From NCBI RefSeq assembly GCF_018350175.1, contig NC_058376.1:58404001-58468000 (forward strand): DNA of 64,000 bases. The letters are read 5' to 3'. The translations under genes were made by a program, and so were the position numbers. Each line of letters opens with the position of its first letter. Positions within the stretch are counted from its first letter, which is position 1. Below the pieces are notes generated by a model, which saw only the letters and a list, made by a program, of their open reading frames with translations, did no database searches and was not told where the DNA came from. The stretch comes from Felis catus (Eukaryota). Positions 49,616-62,359 of the stretch are shown piece after piece.

Positions 49616-50456
49616 AAAGTTTCTTACTTACTCCTGGGTCACATACGAAACACGTCCATTGTCAGCACAGATTTAGCTCTGCTCTCTTAAGCAACTAAAG
49701 AAAAGTAATATCATGCAACAGTTTATGAAGAGACCCTGTGGTGACTGTATCAGCGTTTATGAGCAATGTCAAATAAAGAATCAATTGTTAAATCAATGTA
49801 ATAAGAAATAACAGTCTAGTCACTTAATCTACATAGTGTGAGGTCAGGATATGTTTATGAAGAGAAGTATGAGGCACCAAGAGTCATGTAGAAAACAAGG
49901 AGACCCTGGCTGGGGGGCCCCAGAGTTGGGGTGAGGAGGACCCAGGAGTGCATGCCGTTCAGTTAGGAGCTCTTTGGTGGGGCTCCAGTATGCAGTTAAT
50001 GCTGTAGTGGCCCCAAGCGAATGGCCTAAACCCCCTTCCGGGTTCCCTGCTTGCCTCTCTTGGGCCTTCTGATCTTGGGTTCTAAGAAAATCCAGAGACG
50101 TTCTCTTCAGTTAGTACAATAGAAAAGATGACAGTTTAATGAGAAATGCCAATTTATGTCTGCAAAATCCACAAACAAAACTTTGCCCTGTGCTAGCCTC
50201 CAAAGACAACCTCACCCAGAATTTTCCAAAGATAACATGTTAATTAACTTCAGACAAAACAGCTTCACTCTTCTTCTCTGCTTCTCTTCTCCGAGACCCT
50301 TATTTCGTTCTTTCCTCTGTCGGCCAGGTCAGCTGCTCACTGCCTCCTCCTTCTGACCCATGTCAGAACCTGTGCTCCTAATGAGCACGTAAACGCATTT
50401 TTCCCAATGTAAACTTCTTGGTGACCAGTTTTCTCTTTAAAAAATATATTATTTTA

Positions 50457-50672
50457 GGGGCGCCTGGGTGGCGCAGTCGGTTAAGCGCCCGACTTCAGCC
50501 AGGTCACGATCTCGCGGTCCGTGAGTTTGAGCCCCGCGTCAGGCTCTGGGCTGATGGCTCGGAGCCTGGAGCCTGTTTCCGATTCTGTGTCTCCCTCTCT
50601 CTCTGCCCCTCGCCCGTTCATGCTCTGTCTCTCTCTGTCCCAAAAATAAATAAACGTTGAAAAAAAAATTTT
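50457..50672 (+). mobile_element. Young Can-SINE
   Basis: TSD AAAAATATATTATTTTA at 50440-50456 and 50673-50689. Confidence 0.94.
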
Positions 50673-51830
50673 AAAAATATATTATTTTAAAAATGTTTTT
50701 ATTAAAATATTTTATAATAGTTTTTATAATATACAACAAAAATATGTTTTTATATATATCTATATGTTTTATGTAATATATAATAAAAATATCTCTGATA
50801 TATGAATGATTACTCAGAACTGTAACATATAAAACAGGCAAAAATTATGTTTCATTTAGCTTTTTAATATTCCCATATTATATAACTGACCACTGCGTCC
50901 TAGTTTGACAGACACTGTCCATTTGGCTCTGTTTACAGCCATCAGTAGCTTGTCCGCTCCCCTGGCCTCCGCCCCTGCTCTTTCCCCAAACATCACCAAG
51001 TGCAGGAATAGATCAGTCCACAGGAAGCCGTGCAGAACGCAGTTCAGGCTGGACTTGGCCCCACAGGCACCACACCCGCCCCTTCAGCTTGTGGTGAGGT
51101 AAAGGGCACCGTGCGTGTGAAGGAGCTGTAAACGTGAGTGCTGACAGCTAATGTCGTAAGTCTCTGTGCTCATCACAGAGTCTCTGTGCCTCCATGCTTG
51201 GCCTCCTACATATTAACTGGGTAACCTTAGAAGAGTCTCTAAAGAAAACTGAGACAGAAAATATATCTGAAAATTGATGGGCTAATGCTACCAAAAGGAA
51301 TGAATAGCTTTATCGTGTCAAGTTACAATAGCATTATTAATTCTCTTAGTTCACAATGCCCTTGTGAGGCCAGCATTTTTGAGAGTTCTTTCTCAGATAT
51401 GAACTGCCCTACAAACAAAAGGTTCATTCCCCAGTTTTCTGCCTCCTTGAAACACTGATGAAATTTACTTTTAGCTCCAGATTTTATTTTACGCCTGCTT
51501 TCAGAAAGTAAAGTATTATTGTATTCCCATTAATACTGCAGTATCCTTCCCAGTGAACTGATTGAAACCCACTGAACGTGGCATTAATTAAAACGGTGCT
51601 TCCCAAGGAAGAGTAAAACAAACAAACAAAAAACCAGAACACATACAAATACGGTCCATGGTCAAACATGGTCAAATAAGTTTGGGAAATGCTGAGTTAA
51701 GTGTAATTTAATAGCTTTATATTTTCCACTGAACCTCTCAGGGCTATTGTTTTTCAGACTAGCTTTCCATTGTTGTTGGAAAAAAGGGACATTCTTGGGT
51801 AAAAAAACTTAACAGTAGAACAAAAGTGTA

Positions 51831-52440
51831 GGGGGCACCTGGGTGGCTCAGTCAGTTAAGCATCTGAGTCTTGATTTTGGCTCCAGTCATGATCCCACCC
51901 CACATGGGACTCCCCACTGACGACACGGAGCCTGCTTGGGATTCTATCTCCCTCTCTCTTTGCCCCTCCCCCACTGGTTCTCTCTCTCTATCTCTCTTTC
52001 TCTCAAAATAAAAACAAATAAATTTAAAAAAGGTCTATACAATGAAAATAAGTCTTTTTCACATCACAAAAGTTCTGAACTTTTCCTAGTGTTAAGTCTG
52101 AAATATCTTTTCAGATTTTCTTTATTCATTTATATATACATTTTTTCAGATACATGTTTATATATATATGTATATGTTTCAGATAGATGTATATATATGC
52201 GTGTATATATACATATACATATATATGTATTCTTTCTTCTTTAATACAGTTAAGACCAGGGGCTCCTGGGTGGCTCAGTTAAGCATCTGACTCTTGATTT
52301 CGGCTCAGGTCATGATCTCACGGTTTGTGGGTTCGAGCCCCACATCGTGCTCTGTGCTGACAGCGTGGAGCCTGCCTGGGATCCTCTCTCTCTCCCTCTT
52401 TGTTTCTCTCTCTCAAAATAAATAAATGAACTTCAAAAAT
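51831..52440 (+). mobile_element. Two Can-SINEs (51831-52030, 52259-52440) separated by a TA-rich repeat
   Basis: Consensus heads and tails. Confidence 0.88.
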
Positions 52441-53510
52441 ACACAGTTGAGACCAAATTCTTCACTCTGTTCATAACTTTTATCGCATAACAGTATTTCA
52501 GGATTTTCTCTGACGAGCACTTGCCGACCCAGCTCAGTCTTTCCAGTGGCTGTGTGGATTCCATTATGTGACCCGACCATAATTGGATCAGTCCCCTGTT
52601 AGAGTTCAGACAGATTTTTTGCTGTCTTCTGCTGTAACAAACACAAATCCGTGTGCATGTGCATGAGTAGCTCTTATACAATAAAGTTTTAGAAGTGGAC
52701 TTGCTGAGTAAGAGGATTTTTTGCATTTTTAATTGGTGTCTTTTCCCAAACGGAGCTTTCTTATTTGCACTTCCACCAACAGGCTCTCTCTTTTTGCAGC
52801 CTCATCCACGCTTTGAACGCTTTTTAATATGCTCACATGCATTTGTGATCTTCTCTGTGTTTAAATTACAAAATATTTCAAGAACTTATTAGATCGTAGA
52901 GTGATGCTGTTTGGTTTGTGATTTGGTTGCTTTTGTTTTTGTTTTACGTTTTTGTTGGGTTTTTATGGCGAATTTGATGAAATCTTGGAAACAGTTTGAA
53001 ACATGCTGCATTGAAAGATCACTAAATTATTGACATGAAGCTCTACTGGGAACGGGGAAAAAGCATGCTGAACAAGAAATTCATAGAAATATAAGTGGAA
53101 TATTAATAAATAGAAATATAAGTAGAATATTATTTTAAGTTAGGTAAAAAAAAAACACCCTTCTTAAAAAAACAAAAACCTTCTTACAAATCTCATTACG
53201 ACAGCTCTACACATTAACATTTCCATTACAACCACAGTTTTGGAGAACGTGGGGAGATAATCAGTATTGGTGTCAGCAGTGTTTGTATTTTGTGTGCTAA
53301 CTTGACTGTCAGTAGTTCTGGGTTGTCTTTTTGACTGCAGATTTGCTAGAGAGCTTTGGGCAAAATCAATTAGTCCCCGAGGTTTGGGCTGATGGTTCCC
53401 TTTTTGTTTGTTTTTTTCAAAATAGAACTGGGCTAATGCCTTCACCTAAATTATCTGAATTGACCTCAGGTAACTTAAATACTAGATAAATATTGTAATA
53501 ATTATACTGA

Positions 53511-53672
<162 letters not shown>

Positions 53673-54253
53673 TGAATGAATAATTGGGTTGGAAAAATGG
53701 TTTTTGAACTGCAAGCAATTTAGATGTGTTGCTCTGACATAACAGATTGATATGAGCAGAATCACTCTAGAAAAGCAAACATAATTAGTATCGCTGATCT
53801 TTGGTGGAAGAAAAAATCACGGTGAAATGAGAAAATATTCTGGACATTTTGATTCAGGAGACCTGCTAAGTGACTTGCTGAGGTTCTAAGAAGGGTCTAC
53901 TACCTAGTTATAAGGAAGGATCTTAGTAGGACTAAGAATAGCAGCGGTTATTTATTGCGTACATTATCTAGGCACTGGGCTGGAGCTTTATCTACAAAGC
54001 AGCTGCTAAGAGGATTGATTGGTGAGCTCTCTGTGTGAGAGTTATTGTGCAGTGAGGCCAGAAAGATAGTCAGTCCTAAGAAAGATGCTGGAGGTGGGGG
54101 TACAGGTTCTACGAGAGCAAAAGTAATACCAATTTAGATTTCCACAAACTGGAAAACTTTTGAAGAGGAAAAAGCTCCCATAGATGTCTGTGTTATTTAA
54201 TGTTACGATTTCAGGATGTTTGTTTTACATTCTTTTCCTTTTTTGATTTTTAG

Positions 54254-54394
<141 letters not shown>

Positions 54395-56120
54395 CGAACT
54401 GGCGCCAACAGTGTACTTCCGGGCAGACTGCAATAGTCTCTTACAAGAATGAAGCCATATTCAGTCCGGGATGGAGAGACCCGGACCCACAGGCCCATCC
54501 CTTTAACTGTGTATACTCAGAACTCCTTTTTACATTAACAGGAAGTCATTTGTAAAAGAGAAAAAGGGGGGTTGAATTCAAAGTTTGACGACAAGTAGCG
54601 AAAGGATTGAAGCACCTGTGAGAAAGAAAACACTATTTTGGTAAATAGCATCACTTATAGGAACACTTCTTATAAACTGTTTTTTATCAATTGTTTACTT
54701 TGGTGAAATAAACTGAACAGTTTACAAAAATGTATGTACTTGGAAATACGAAATTATTTTAGCACCCAAATTATTGGCATTGACATTATTCGTTAATCAA
54801 CTGACGTTTTAAAAACCATTTTGCTGAAGGTTATTTTGTAAGTAGAAGCAAATAAGGGGTTGGGGGAGAGTTTTAGGAGCTTTGCCCTAATTATTAAGTA
54901 CTGCACCTAAACCAAAGACTTGACGTGACTTCTGTTTAATAGTGGTAGTTTCAAGTGATGAACTGTATTTGGTGTTACTCTACATTTTAAAATGGTACTT
55001 TGATGCCATCAGTTGCCCAGGAAGTTGACTCTGGAGAGTTACCACTGGCATAAGCGACTGTCCATATATAGCAAATCACTTGTTGTAAAAGAAGAAAAAA
55101 CAAAAAGTTGTGTGTTTTAGACAGAAGCAGTCTTATTAGACAGGCATTCTGTCACTTGGAGCGATTAAAAATAAAGAGACTATTTCATGTTTTGCTAAAG
55201 ATTTCTCCATTCCCGGTGCTGAGAATAAAGGTAGCCAGTAGCCGATTTCCTTAGGTTGTCTGTTTGCTCTTTATCGTGGAACACACCTCTTTTTGCAGCC
55301 TCACGTGACATAACGATGAAACCAGAGCCCTATTTTCACCAAAGAACAGACCAGTGAAAATACTTACTTACAGAAGTAATATTATAGAACAAGGAAAATG
55401 AACTCCAACTTAATGTTCTCTGTAATGTACTATTTTATTATGTATTTCTTTACAATTAGCTTTAGTTTTTTTAGAGTTAAGTTAATTTTTCTTGAATGAA
55501 ATGACTTCAGGCAAGTCTCTTTTATAACAGTTTTTCAAATGCCACTTATCCTGGGTCTGTCATGTTGTGTGTATTTGTAAGTATGAACGTATTCTTTCCT
55601 AGAAGTTTGCAAATGAATAGAAGTAGAGAATAATTAATGGCTTTGCTTACTAGTACAAGGTGAAATGACTAGATTGGAAGTGTCCATAACATCTTGATCT
55701 GGCCTGACTGGGTACAATGTTTAAAAATTTGCATTCTGGTTTGCACACATGTATACACGTTGCCAATAATAAGATTTTGCAACTGGATGACTCATGATTT
55801 TATTTGAACAGTGGAGGACAAGGTCACTATTGCAGAAGACAGTTTTATAATCTGTTTTTTTCAGACATCAGCCCTAAACCCTTGTAATGATCTAAGAGAG
55901 TGAAATGCAGTTGCTAAAATTTTGTTGGTTAATGTAAGATATAACTTTTCTGTACTGTACTGTACTTTCTCTATAGGATTATGAAGATATTCTAATCAAC
56001 GTTATATTATGCATGATGTAGTAAACCTTTTAAGATGTGTGTTAAAATATGTTGAGTATGGATTAAAATGTTGACCAGATTTCACAGCTGAAAATAAACT
56101 CATCTCTCGTCAGGAGGTTA
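54395..56120 (+). other. PHLDB2: PHLDB2 3' UTR (end approximate)
   Basis: SINE-free AT-rich stretch after the stop; AATAAA at 54707, 55170, 55224 and 56093; ATTAAA at 55164 and 56062. Confidence 0.7.
56093..56098 (+). terminator. PHLDB2: Likely distal poly(A) signal of PHLDB2
   Basis: AATAAA preceded by ATTAAA about 30 nt upstream, at the end of the repeat-free UTR-like block. Confidence 0.55.
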
Positions 56121-57250
56121 CCTATTGGTGACATAAGAGGAGATGGATTAATCAGCAAAAGTCAATTGTCAATCTCCATAAAGGTGGAGATTTTGTGTGC
56201 TAACATTATGATTTGTAGTTTTATAAAACTGAAATGAGATGACTCCTGACAAATGTGACATCTGACCGTCTTTTTGCAAAGATGCAATTATTACTGGGGA
56301 TTGCAAGGGCTGTATTTACTTATCTGACAGGGGAAAAAAAACTCACGCAGGTGTGAAGTAAAGGATTTTACTTGAAGGCAACCTCACTTGTCTCCCTGGA
56401 CTAAGGCAGCAGATTTCAAAGAGAGAAATGGCCCCGAACAATATATCCTTACACTCCTGATAATGAAGGCAGCATTGACAGTGGGTACAGAAACAATTGG
56501 TCTACTTCAAGCCCATCACTGTAGGTAAAAGCATCTTCACTTGACACTAGCCACAGTTTTTCATGATTTGTTATACTGATAAGGGCGGATAGAGAAAACA
56601 ATCTATGGGTTTCCCTACTCTTTTGAGCAGTGTTTTTCCCACTATGGAGACAAGTCAGATTGTTTTCATTTTGCTGTACATTAAATGCAAGATCTACAAA
56701 AATAAAAGGAGAGAATAGGGACAGGAATGATTGAGAATATTTGCAATTATCCAAAACCCATAGTGAGAAATGTTTATTGTTAAGATTTAAAGGACAACGA
56801 AATGACACACATTGTCTATCACCTTAGTGATTTAGTTTCTTTGGAATCTACAACAGGCCTAATGGAGAAATGGCAAAATAGCTCGACAACTTTTGGAGTG
56901 CATCCTGAAATCGAGCAGCCATCCTTGCTATCTGGTTCTGGCACTACACCACTCAAGAAAGATCTATTTAGTTTTTATTTATCCAACTTTTCCCAATGTT
57001 CCAATAAGACAGGTTCTCAAGACTCCAAAGATAGGCCGGATTCACTGTGTCCAACATTTGCCTTTAACTCTAGCACCAATCATTGCTCCAAAATGTATGA
57101 CTAACATAGAAAAGTGGCTTTACTTAAGTATTTTATACCAGCCACCTTAACCTTAAGTAGAAAAAAACTAGATAAGCTCTTACTTGCTGATGCCTGGGGC
57201 CCCCAGAATTCATTTTTTTTCTTCTGCTTGCTTATAAGAATAGTGCTGTA

Positions 57251-57519
57251 GGGGTGCCTGGGTGGCTCAGTCGTTAAGCCACTCACTCTTGGTCTCAGGG
57301 TTTTGAGTTCAAGCCCTGTGTTGGGCTCCAAGCTGAGCAGAGCCTACTTAAGTATATAAATAAATAAAATAAATAGGGGTGCCTGGGTGGCTCAGTCGGT
57401 TAAGCAACAGACTTCGGCTCAGGTCTTGATCTCACAGTTCGTGGGTTCGAGCCCCACATCAGGCTCTGTGCTGACAGCTGGGAGCCTGGAGCCTGCTTCG
57501 GATTCTGTGTCTCCCTCTC
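57251..57519 (+). mobile_element. Short SINE followed head-to-tail by a Can-SINE (57376 onward) running into N-gap 57520-57703
   Basis: Two ggggtgcctgggtggctcagtc heads. Confidence 0.85.
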
Positions 57520-57819
57520 NNNNNNNNNNNNNNNNNNNNNNNNNNNNNNNNNNNNNNNNNNNNNNNNNNNNNNNNNNNNNNNNNNNNNNNNNNNNNNNNN
57601 NNNNNNNNNNNNNNNNNNNNNNNNNNNNNNNNNNNNNNNNNNNNNNNNNNNNNNNNNNNNNNNNNNNNNNNNNNNNNNNNNNNNNNNNNNNNNNNNNNNN
57701 NNNATCCTTAGGAACTAATACTGTTCTTTACAGAAGAGTCACAGACTGGAGCCACTAGATCAAGGGCGCTGAAAATGATGCACATTTTAAATTGTGCACA
57801 GATTAATATATATATTTTT

Positions 57820-58031
57820 GGGGCGCCTGGGTGGCGCAGTCCGTTAAGCGTCCGACTTCAGCCAGGTCACGGTCTCCCAGTCCGTGAGTTCGAGCCCCGC
57901 GTCAGGCTCTGGGCTGATGGCTCAGAGCCTGGAGCCTGTTTCCGATTCAGTGTCTCCCTCTCTCTCTGTCCCTCCCCCGTTCATGCTCTGTCTCTCTCTG
58001 TCCCAAAAATAAATAAACGTTGAAAAAAAAA
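57820..58031 (+). mobile_element. Young Can-SINE
   Basis: TSD TTTAAATTGTGCACAGATTA at 57786-57805 and 58032-58051. Confidence 0.93.
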
Positions 58032-58929
58032 TTTAAATTGTGCACAGATTACTTGACAGAAGAGTTTAGCAATTAACCCTGCTACCAACCATACAGGAGT
58101 GCCAGTTTTCCATCATCCTTGCCCACAGTTGCTCTGTTAATTTTTCCCAATCTGACAGGTGAGAAAAATAACATGTTATTTTTTTATTCACATTTTTCAA
58201 TTAGTGAAGTTGAACATCTTTATAGATGAAGCGCCTACTCACAGCCGTTGGCTAATTCCATTGAATTATAGGGTTTTTTTTTTCCTTATTACTAGGAGCA
58301 GGCTGAATAGAAGTATTAATGTTCTGTTATCTGTGCCGTAAAATCAGTTTTTCTAGACTCTCATTTGACTCAAGATGCCTTTTACCGTGAAAAAAGTTGT
58401 TCACAGGCAAACATTTTTATTTATTCCGAGGTTTCATCTCTTGCTTATGAAAGTCCCTTCTATCCCCAAACTACAAAATACTGCCCTAAAGTGTATTTAA
58501 ATCCTTTGTTTTAATCTTCCGTTGAAAGCATATATCTCCTGGGATTTATTTTTGCACGTAACATGAGGCAGGGGACAGAATAAATAATTCAATTGTCAGG
58601 CATATAAAGAGCTAGACAGAGTAAAAACGAATTGGAAAGCGGCGAAGGAGCAGCGAACGAGTCCACCTCGGGTATTTACACAAGCAGGATTAAGGTCAGA
58701 TTTTGGAAGCATTTCCGGTACGGTTTAAAACTGTCTTAAAACTGTCGGGGTGGGAAGGCGATTTGTAATGCAAGCAGCCTAGCATCTTAAGCTTCCGCTC
58801 CCTAGTGTCCTCTGGATGATGAGATGGTTTCCTATCTAGGAACGTTGGATACGGATCCTCTCCGCGCCTCTATCTATCTAACAGCCAGCTAACAATCAAT
58901 TGAGAAAATTACCTACTGAGGCTGCTCAA

Positions 58930-59350
58930 AACATTCCATGCCTTCACAGGCAAAAACTCCCTGGGGAACCAACCGTCCAATTGCGAGAGGCTCGCCAGAG
59001 CGACGACTCTCCGCGCATGTGCGCCCTCAGTTGAAACGCTTTAGCAAGTCCCGGCTTCCGGCCGGCGGCGCATGCGCAGTTCTGGTTACTGTGCGCTCGG
59101 AGCTACTCTGTGGGTCAGCACGGTACTCAAGGGCCTCTGGGAAGATGGCGGGGGCGGGCATGGCTACCCTGGGCTCTTGGGTACCTCGTCGGAGGTGGGG
59201 CAGAGAGGCCGTCTTCTTAGGCTTCTACCGTGGCCTCAGCGCGTTACTTGCAAGGAAGTCGGAGCGGACGCCACGGTGGGTCCCAGGTCAGTGTCCGAAA
59301 GGCGGGAGAAGTACGCGTTCTTTCGAACTTGGAGTCCTGTCTAGTGCGTT
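58930..59350 (+). promoter_or_regulatory. ABHD10: ABHD10 CpG-rich promoter / first-exon region
   Basis: Dense CpG; GCGCATGTGCGC 59013-59024 and GCGCATGCGC 59068-59077 (NRF1); CTTCCGG 59055-59061 (ETS/GABP); AAGATGGCGG 59142-59151 (YY1) overlapping the ATG. Confidence 0.85.
59145..59286 (+). CDS. ABHD10: ABHD10 exon 1 (MAGAGMATLGSWVPRRRWG...PRWVP), mitochondrial presequence-like
   Basis: aagATGg Kozak context, 142 nt, CAG|gtcagt donor; Arg-rich, acid-poor N-terminus resembling ABHD10. Confidence 0.92.
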
Positions 59351-59667
59351 TTTGGCGCCTTATTTAAAAATGCTCTTCCCCCGTTCTCAGTACTCTAGTT
59401 TTACTCGCTTTCAGCGATTCTGGTGAAAGCTGTAGGAAGAACTCTGCCGGCCCTTGCTGGAGTTTTACGCTCTGCAGCTTAAGGATCGTACTCTGTGCCT
59501 GCCTCCCTGTGTTAAGCGCCAACGCTAGGAAAAATTTAAGATGTGCGTTTGGTTATTAGTTGCTTTTTCTTTCGTTTGTCTTCTGGTCTAAGGGCTTTAC
59601 AGATCTTGACTCCGTTAGGATGCTGAGACCTGACCTTGCTTCCCTTTGGGAAATTTATAGTATGAAC

Positions 59668-59710
<43 letters not shown>

Positions 59711-60650
59711 GTGTAGACGCCGTGAGCAAGCCAAATTTCTGATTTTGCCTTCTCGATGCTCCCGCTCAGTGAAAACCATATTCATTACTCTACAAAGGAA
59801 ACCAGAATTTGTACCAAAAATGAGAGCATCAGAATATTTTCTTCAACTTGTGTTCGATTCTTCTCCATAGCACCCTACCCCCAGTATATGTAGTCTTTCT
59901 GAATTGTGTCTTTTTATTCTCTAGTTTTGTTGTTTTTACACCTTTGGCATACAAGCTGTCAGATGCATTGTGCTTGGAATGGGAACTGTCATTGCTGACA
60001 CCCTTTGCTTTGGTTAAAATTTTTAAATGTATATAATCAGTTTAACTTACACTTAATTATGTACAGTCTAAAGGCTTGTTATATATATAAGTTCCCCTAG
60101 TGAAGTATAGTATGTCCATTCATTAAGTAAATTGTAATACTTTTTCATCTGTTTAGCACGTCATTTAGGATTTATGCATCAGGCTTTGAGCTAATCCTTA
60201 TAGTACAAAGATCATTTATGGATATAATGTTAAGAACCCCTCCACTTAAAACTCACCAAAATGAAGTAAATTACTGTTTCAGAGGAGAAATTTCTGTTTG
60301 GAGATGTAATATTGAGAAGACAATAGGAAGGATTTGAGTGCTGAACTAAGGAACTAGGAAATTGACATTTTTGCTGATACAACCTACCAACCAACATAAC
60401 TGGCCCCCACTAGCCCTGGTTTTCACTAAAAAAATTTTAATTTGGCATATTTCACAACACAGTGAAACTTTGAAACAACACTTACATGTTATAGGGATAG
60501 CTTTAAGGCCTTCAATTCAGTTTTTAAAAAATCAACTTCTCAAACCCAAAATGAAGGAAGCTTTTGTCAACTCACATAGAGGGGGGCAGAGATGTTTTCC
60601 TTGGCCACAATAAAGTGGAGGAAGGTTTCATTTCATATAAAAGATGAGAT

Positions 60651-60872
60651 GGGGCGCCTGGGTGGCTCAGTCGGTTAAGCGTCCGACTTCAGCTCAGGTC
60701 ACGATCTCACGGTCCGTGAGTTCGAGCCCCTCTTCGGGCTCTGGGCTGATGGCTCAGAGCCTGGAGCCTGTTTCCGATTCTGTGTCTCCCTCTCTCTCTG
60801 CCCCTCCCCCATTCATGCTCTGTCTCTCTCTGTCTCAAAAATAAATAAACGTTGAAAAAAAAAAACTTTAAA
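60651..60872 (+). mobile_element. Young Can-SINE in ABHD10 intron 1
   Basis: TSD AAAAGATGAGAT on both sides. Confidence 0.93.
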
Positions 60873-61783
60873 AAAAGATGAGATTTTCTTGGTTCAGGAA
60901 AAGAGTATAAGGAAATACACAAACTTAATTTCTTTGGAAGGAGGAGGTGGGATTATAAATGACTTAATTTTTTAAAAATCTCTTTACCTTTTTTAAAGAG
61001 CAAGTATAGATTTTATGGTAAGGAAAAAACTTGAAAAACAGTGAAATAGAGTAACCTTATAAGGTTTGCCAGTTGTGCTGTTATACTTAAATTGCACTAA
61101 GATCTGTGTGCCATTCACAGAAAGCCAAACCAACAAATAAAACATAGTGATTGCAGAGTCCTGTGAGAAATCTTTTTCCGAAAATGGTACTATTATAAAT
61201 TATTCAAGGTTTCTTGTAAAGTAACTGCTCATTGAACCCACCTCAGCTGATACAAAATCATGACAGGCTATTAGCATGGCCCATGATTTTGTGGATGGCG
61301 AGGGAGCCAGTATTACCAGCAGGAGCACAGCACCTCTGCCTTCGAAACCGTTTCTCTGCCTTCTCCCCCCCCTGCCAAAAAGTAGAGGATGTGAAACTCC
61401 TCCCAACACTGAAAAAATTAAAAAGAAAAATCTCACAAGAGAAGGCTTAAACTAGTGTAATTAAATCTGAACATTAATTGATACTATTTAGGACAGACGA
61501 TACAGCAGCATTTTTTACAGGAAAACTTTTTTTTACAAGTCTCTATCTTTTATTGCCTTGAAACTTCCACCTCATTGTGTATTTTGGAAGAATCAAGATT
61601 GGACCTTGTTCAAATGATTTTGAATATGAGTTCAAAATATGAACTGATTTTGATATGAGTTCAAAAGATACCATGGATAGGCTTGTGATTTTAATATTTC
61701 AAGTCTGTTTCTGTTTTTCCTCTTAAATGGAAGTAGTTTTGACATCAATTTGACAAGTTAAGAAAGTTAAGATTGAAAATATA

Positions 61784-62114
61784 CAGTTGACCCTTGAATA
61801 ACATGGGTTTAACTACTAAGGCCCACTTATACATTGGTGTTTTTCAATAAACAGAACACTACTGTAAATACATTTTCTATATGATTTGCTCAACATTTTC
61901 TTTTCTCTAGCCTACTTTTTTGTAAGAGTACAATATATAATAATACAAACAACACACAAAATATGTGTTAATCAACTTTATGTTATCGGTAAGGCCTCCA
62001 ATCAACAGTAGGCTGTTAGTAGTTAAGTTTTTGGGAGGTCAGAATTTACACACAGATTTTCAAATACACGGGGGCGTCAGTGTCTCAACCCCCATGTTGT
62101 TCAAGGGTCAATTG
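61784..62114. mobile_element. Tigger2a-like MITE with intact terminal inverted repeats
   Basis: 5' cagttgacccttgaataacatggg pairs with 3' cccatgttgttcaagggtcaattg; TA on the left flank. Confidence 0.8.
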
Positions 62115-62175
62115 TGTATGGTTTTCCAAAAACAGTATTTTTAAACTATAGTTTATGTTTTTGTACTTTGTTTAG

Positions 62176-62359
62176 CTTGCAGACCAAAGTCATCGGTCTC
62201 TTTCCTTAGTCGACCAGACCTTCCAAACCTGGCTTATAAGAAGCTAAAAGGCAAAAGTCCGGGAATTATCTTCATCCCTGGCTATATTTCTAATATGAAT
62301 GGTACAAAAGCATTGGCGATTGAAGAGTTTTGCAAATCTCTAGGTCACGCCTATATAAG
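62176..62359 (+). CDS. ABHD10: ABHD10 exon 2 (ACRPKSSVSFLSRPDLPNLAYKKLKGKSPGIIFIPGYISNMNGTKALAIEEFCKSLGHAYIR)
   Basis: ttgtttag / gtagga, 184 nt, phase 1/2; alpha/beta-hydrolase N-terminal strands. The gene continues beyond the window. Confidence 0.96.
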
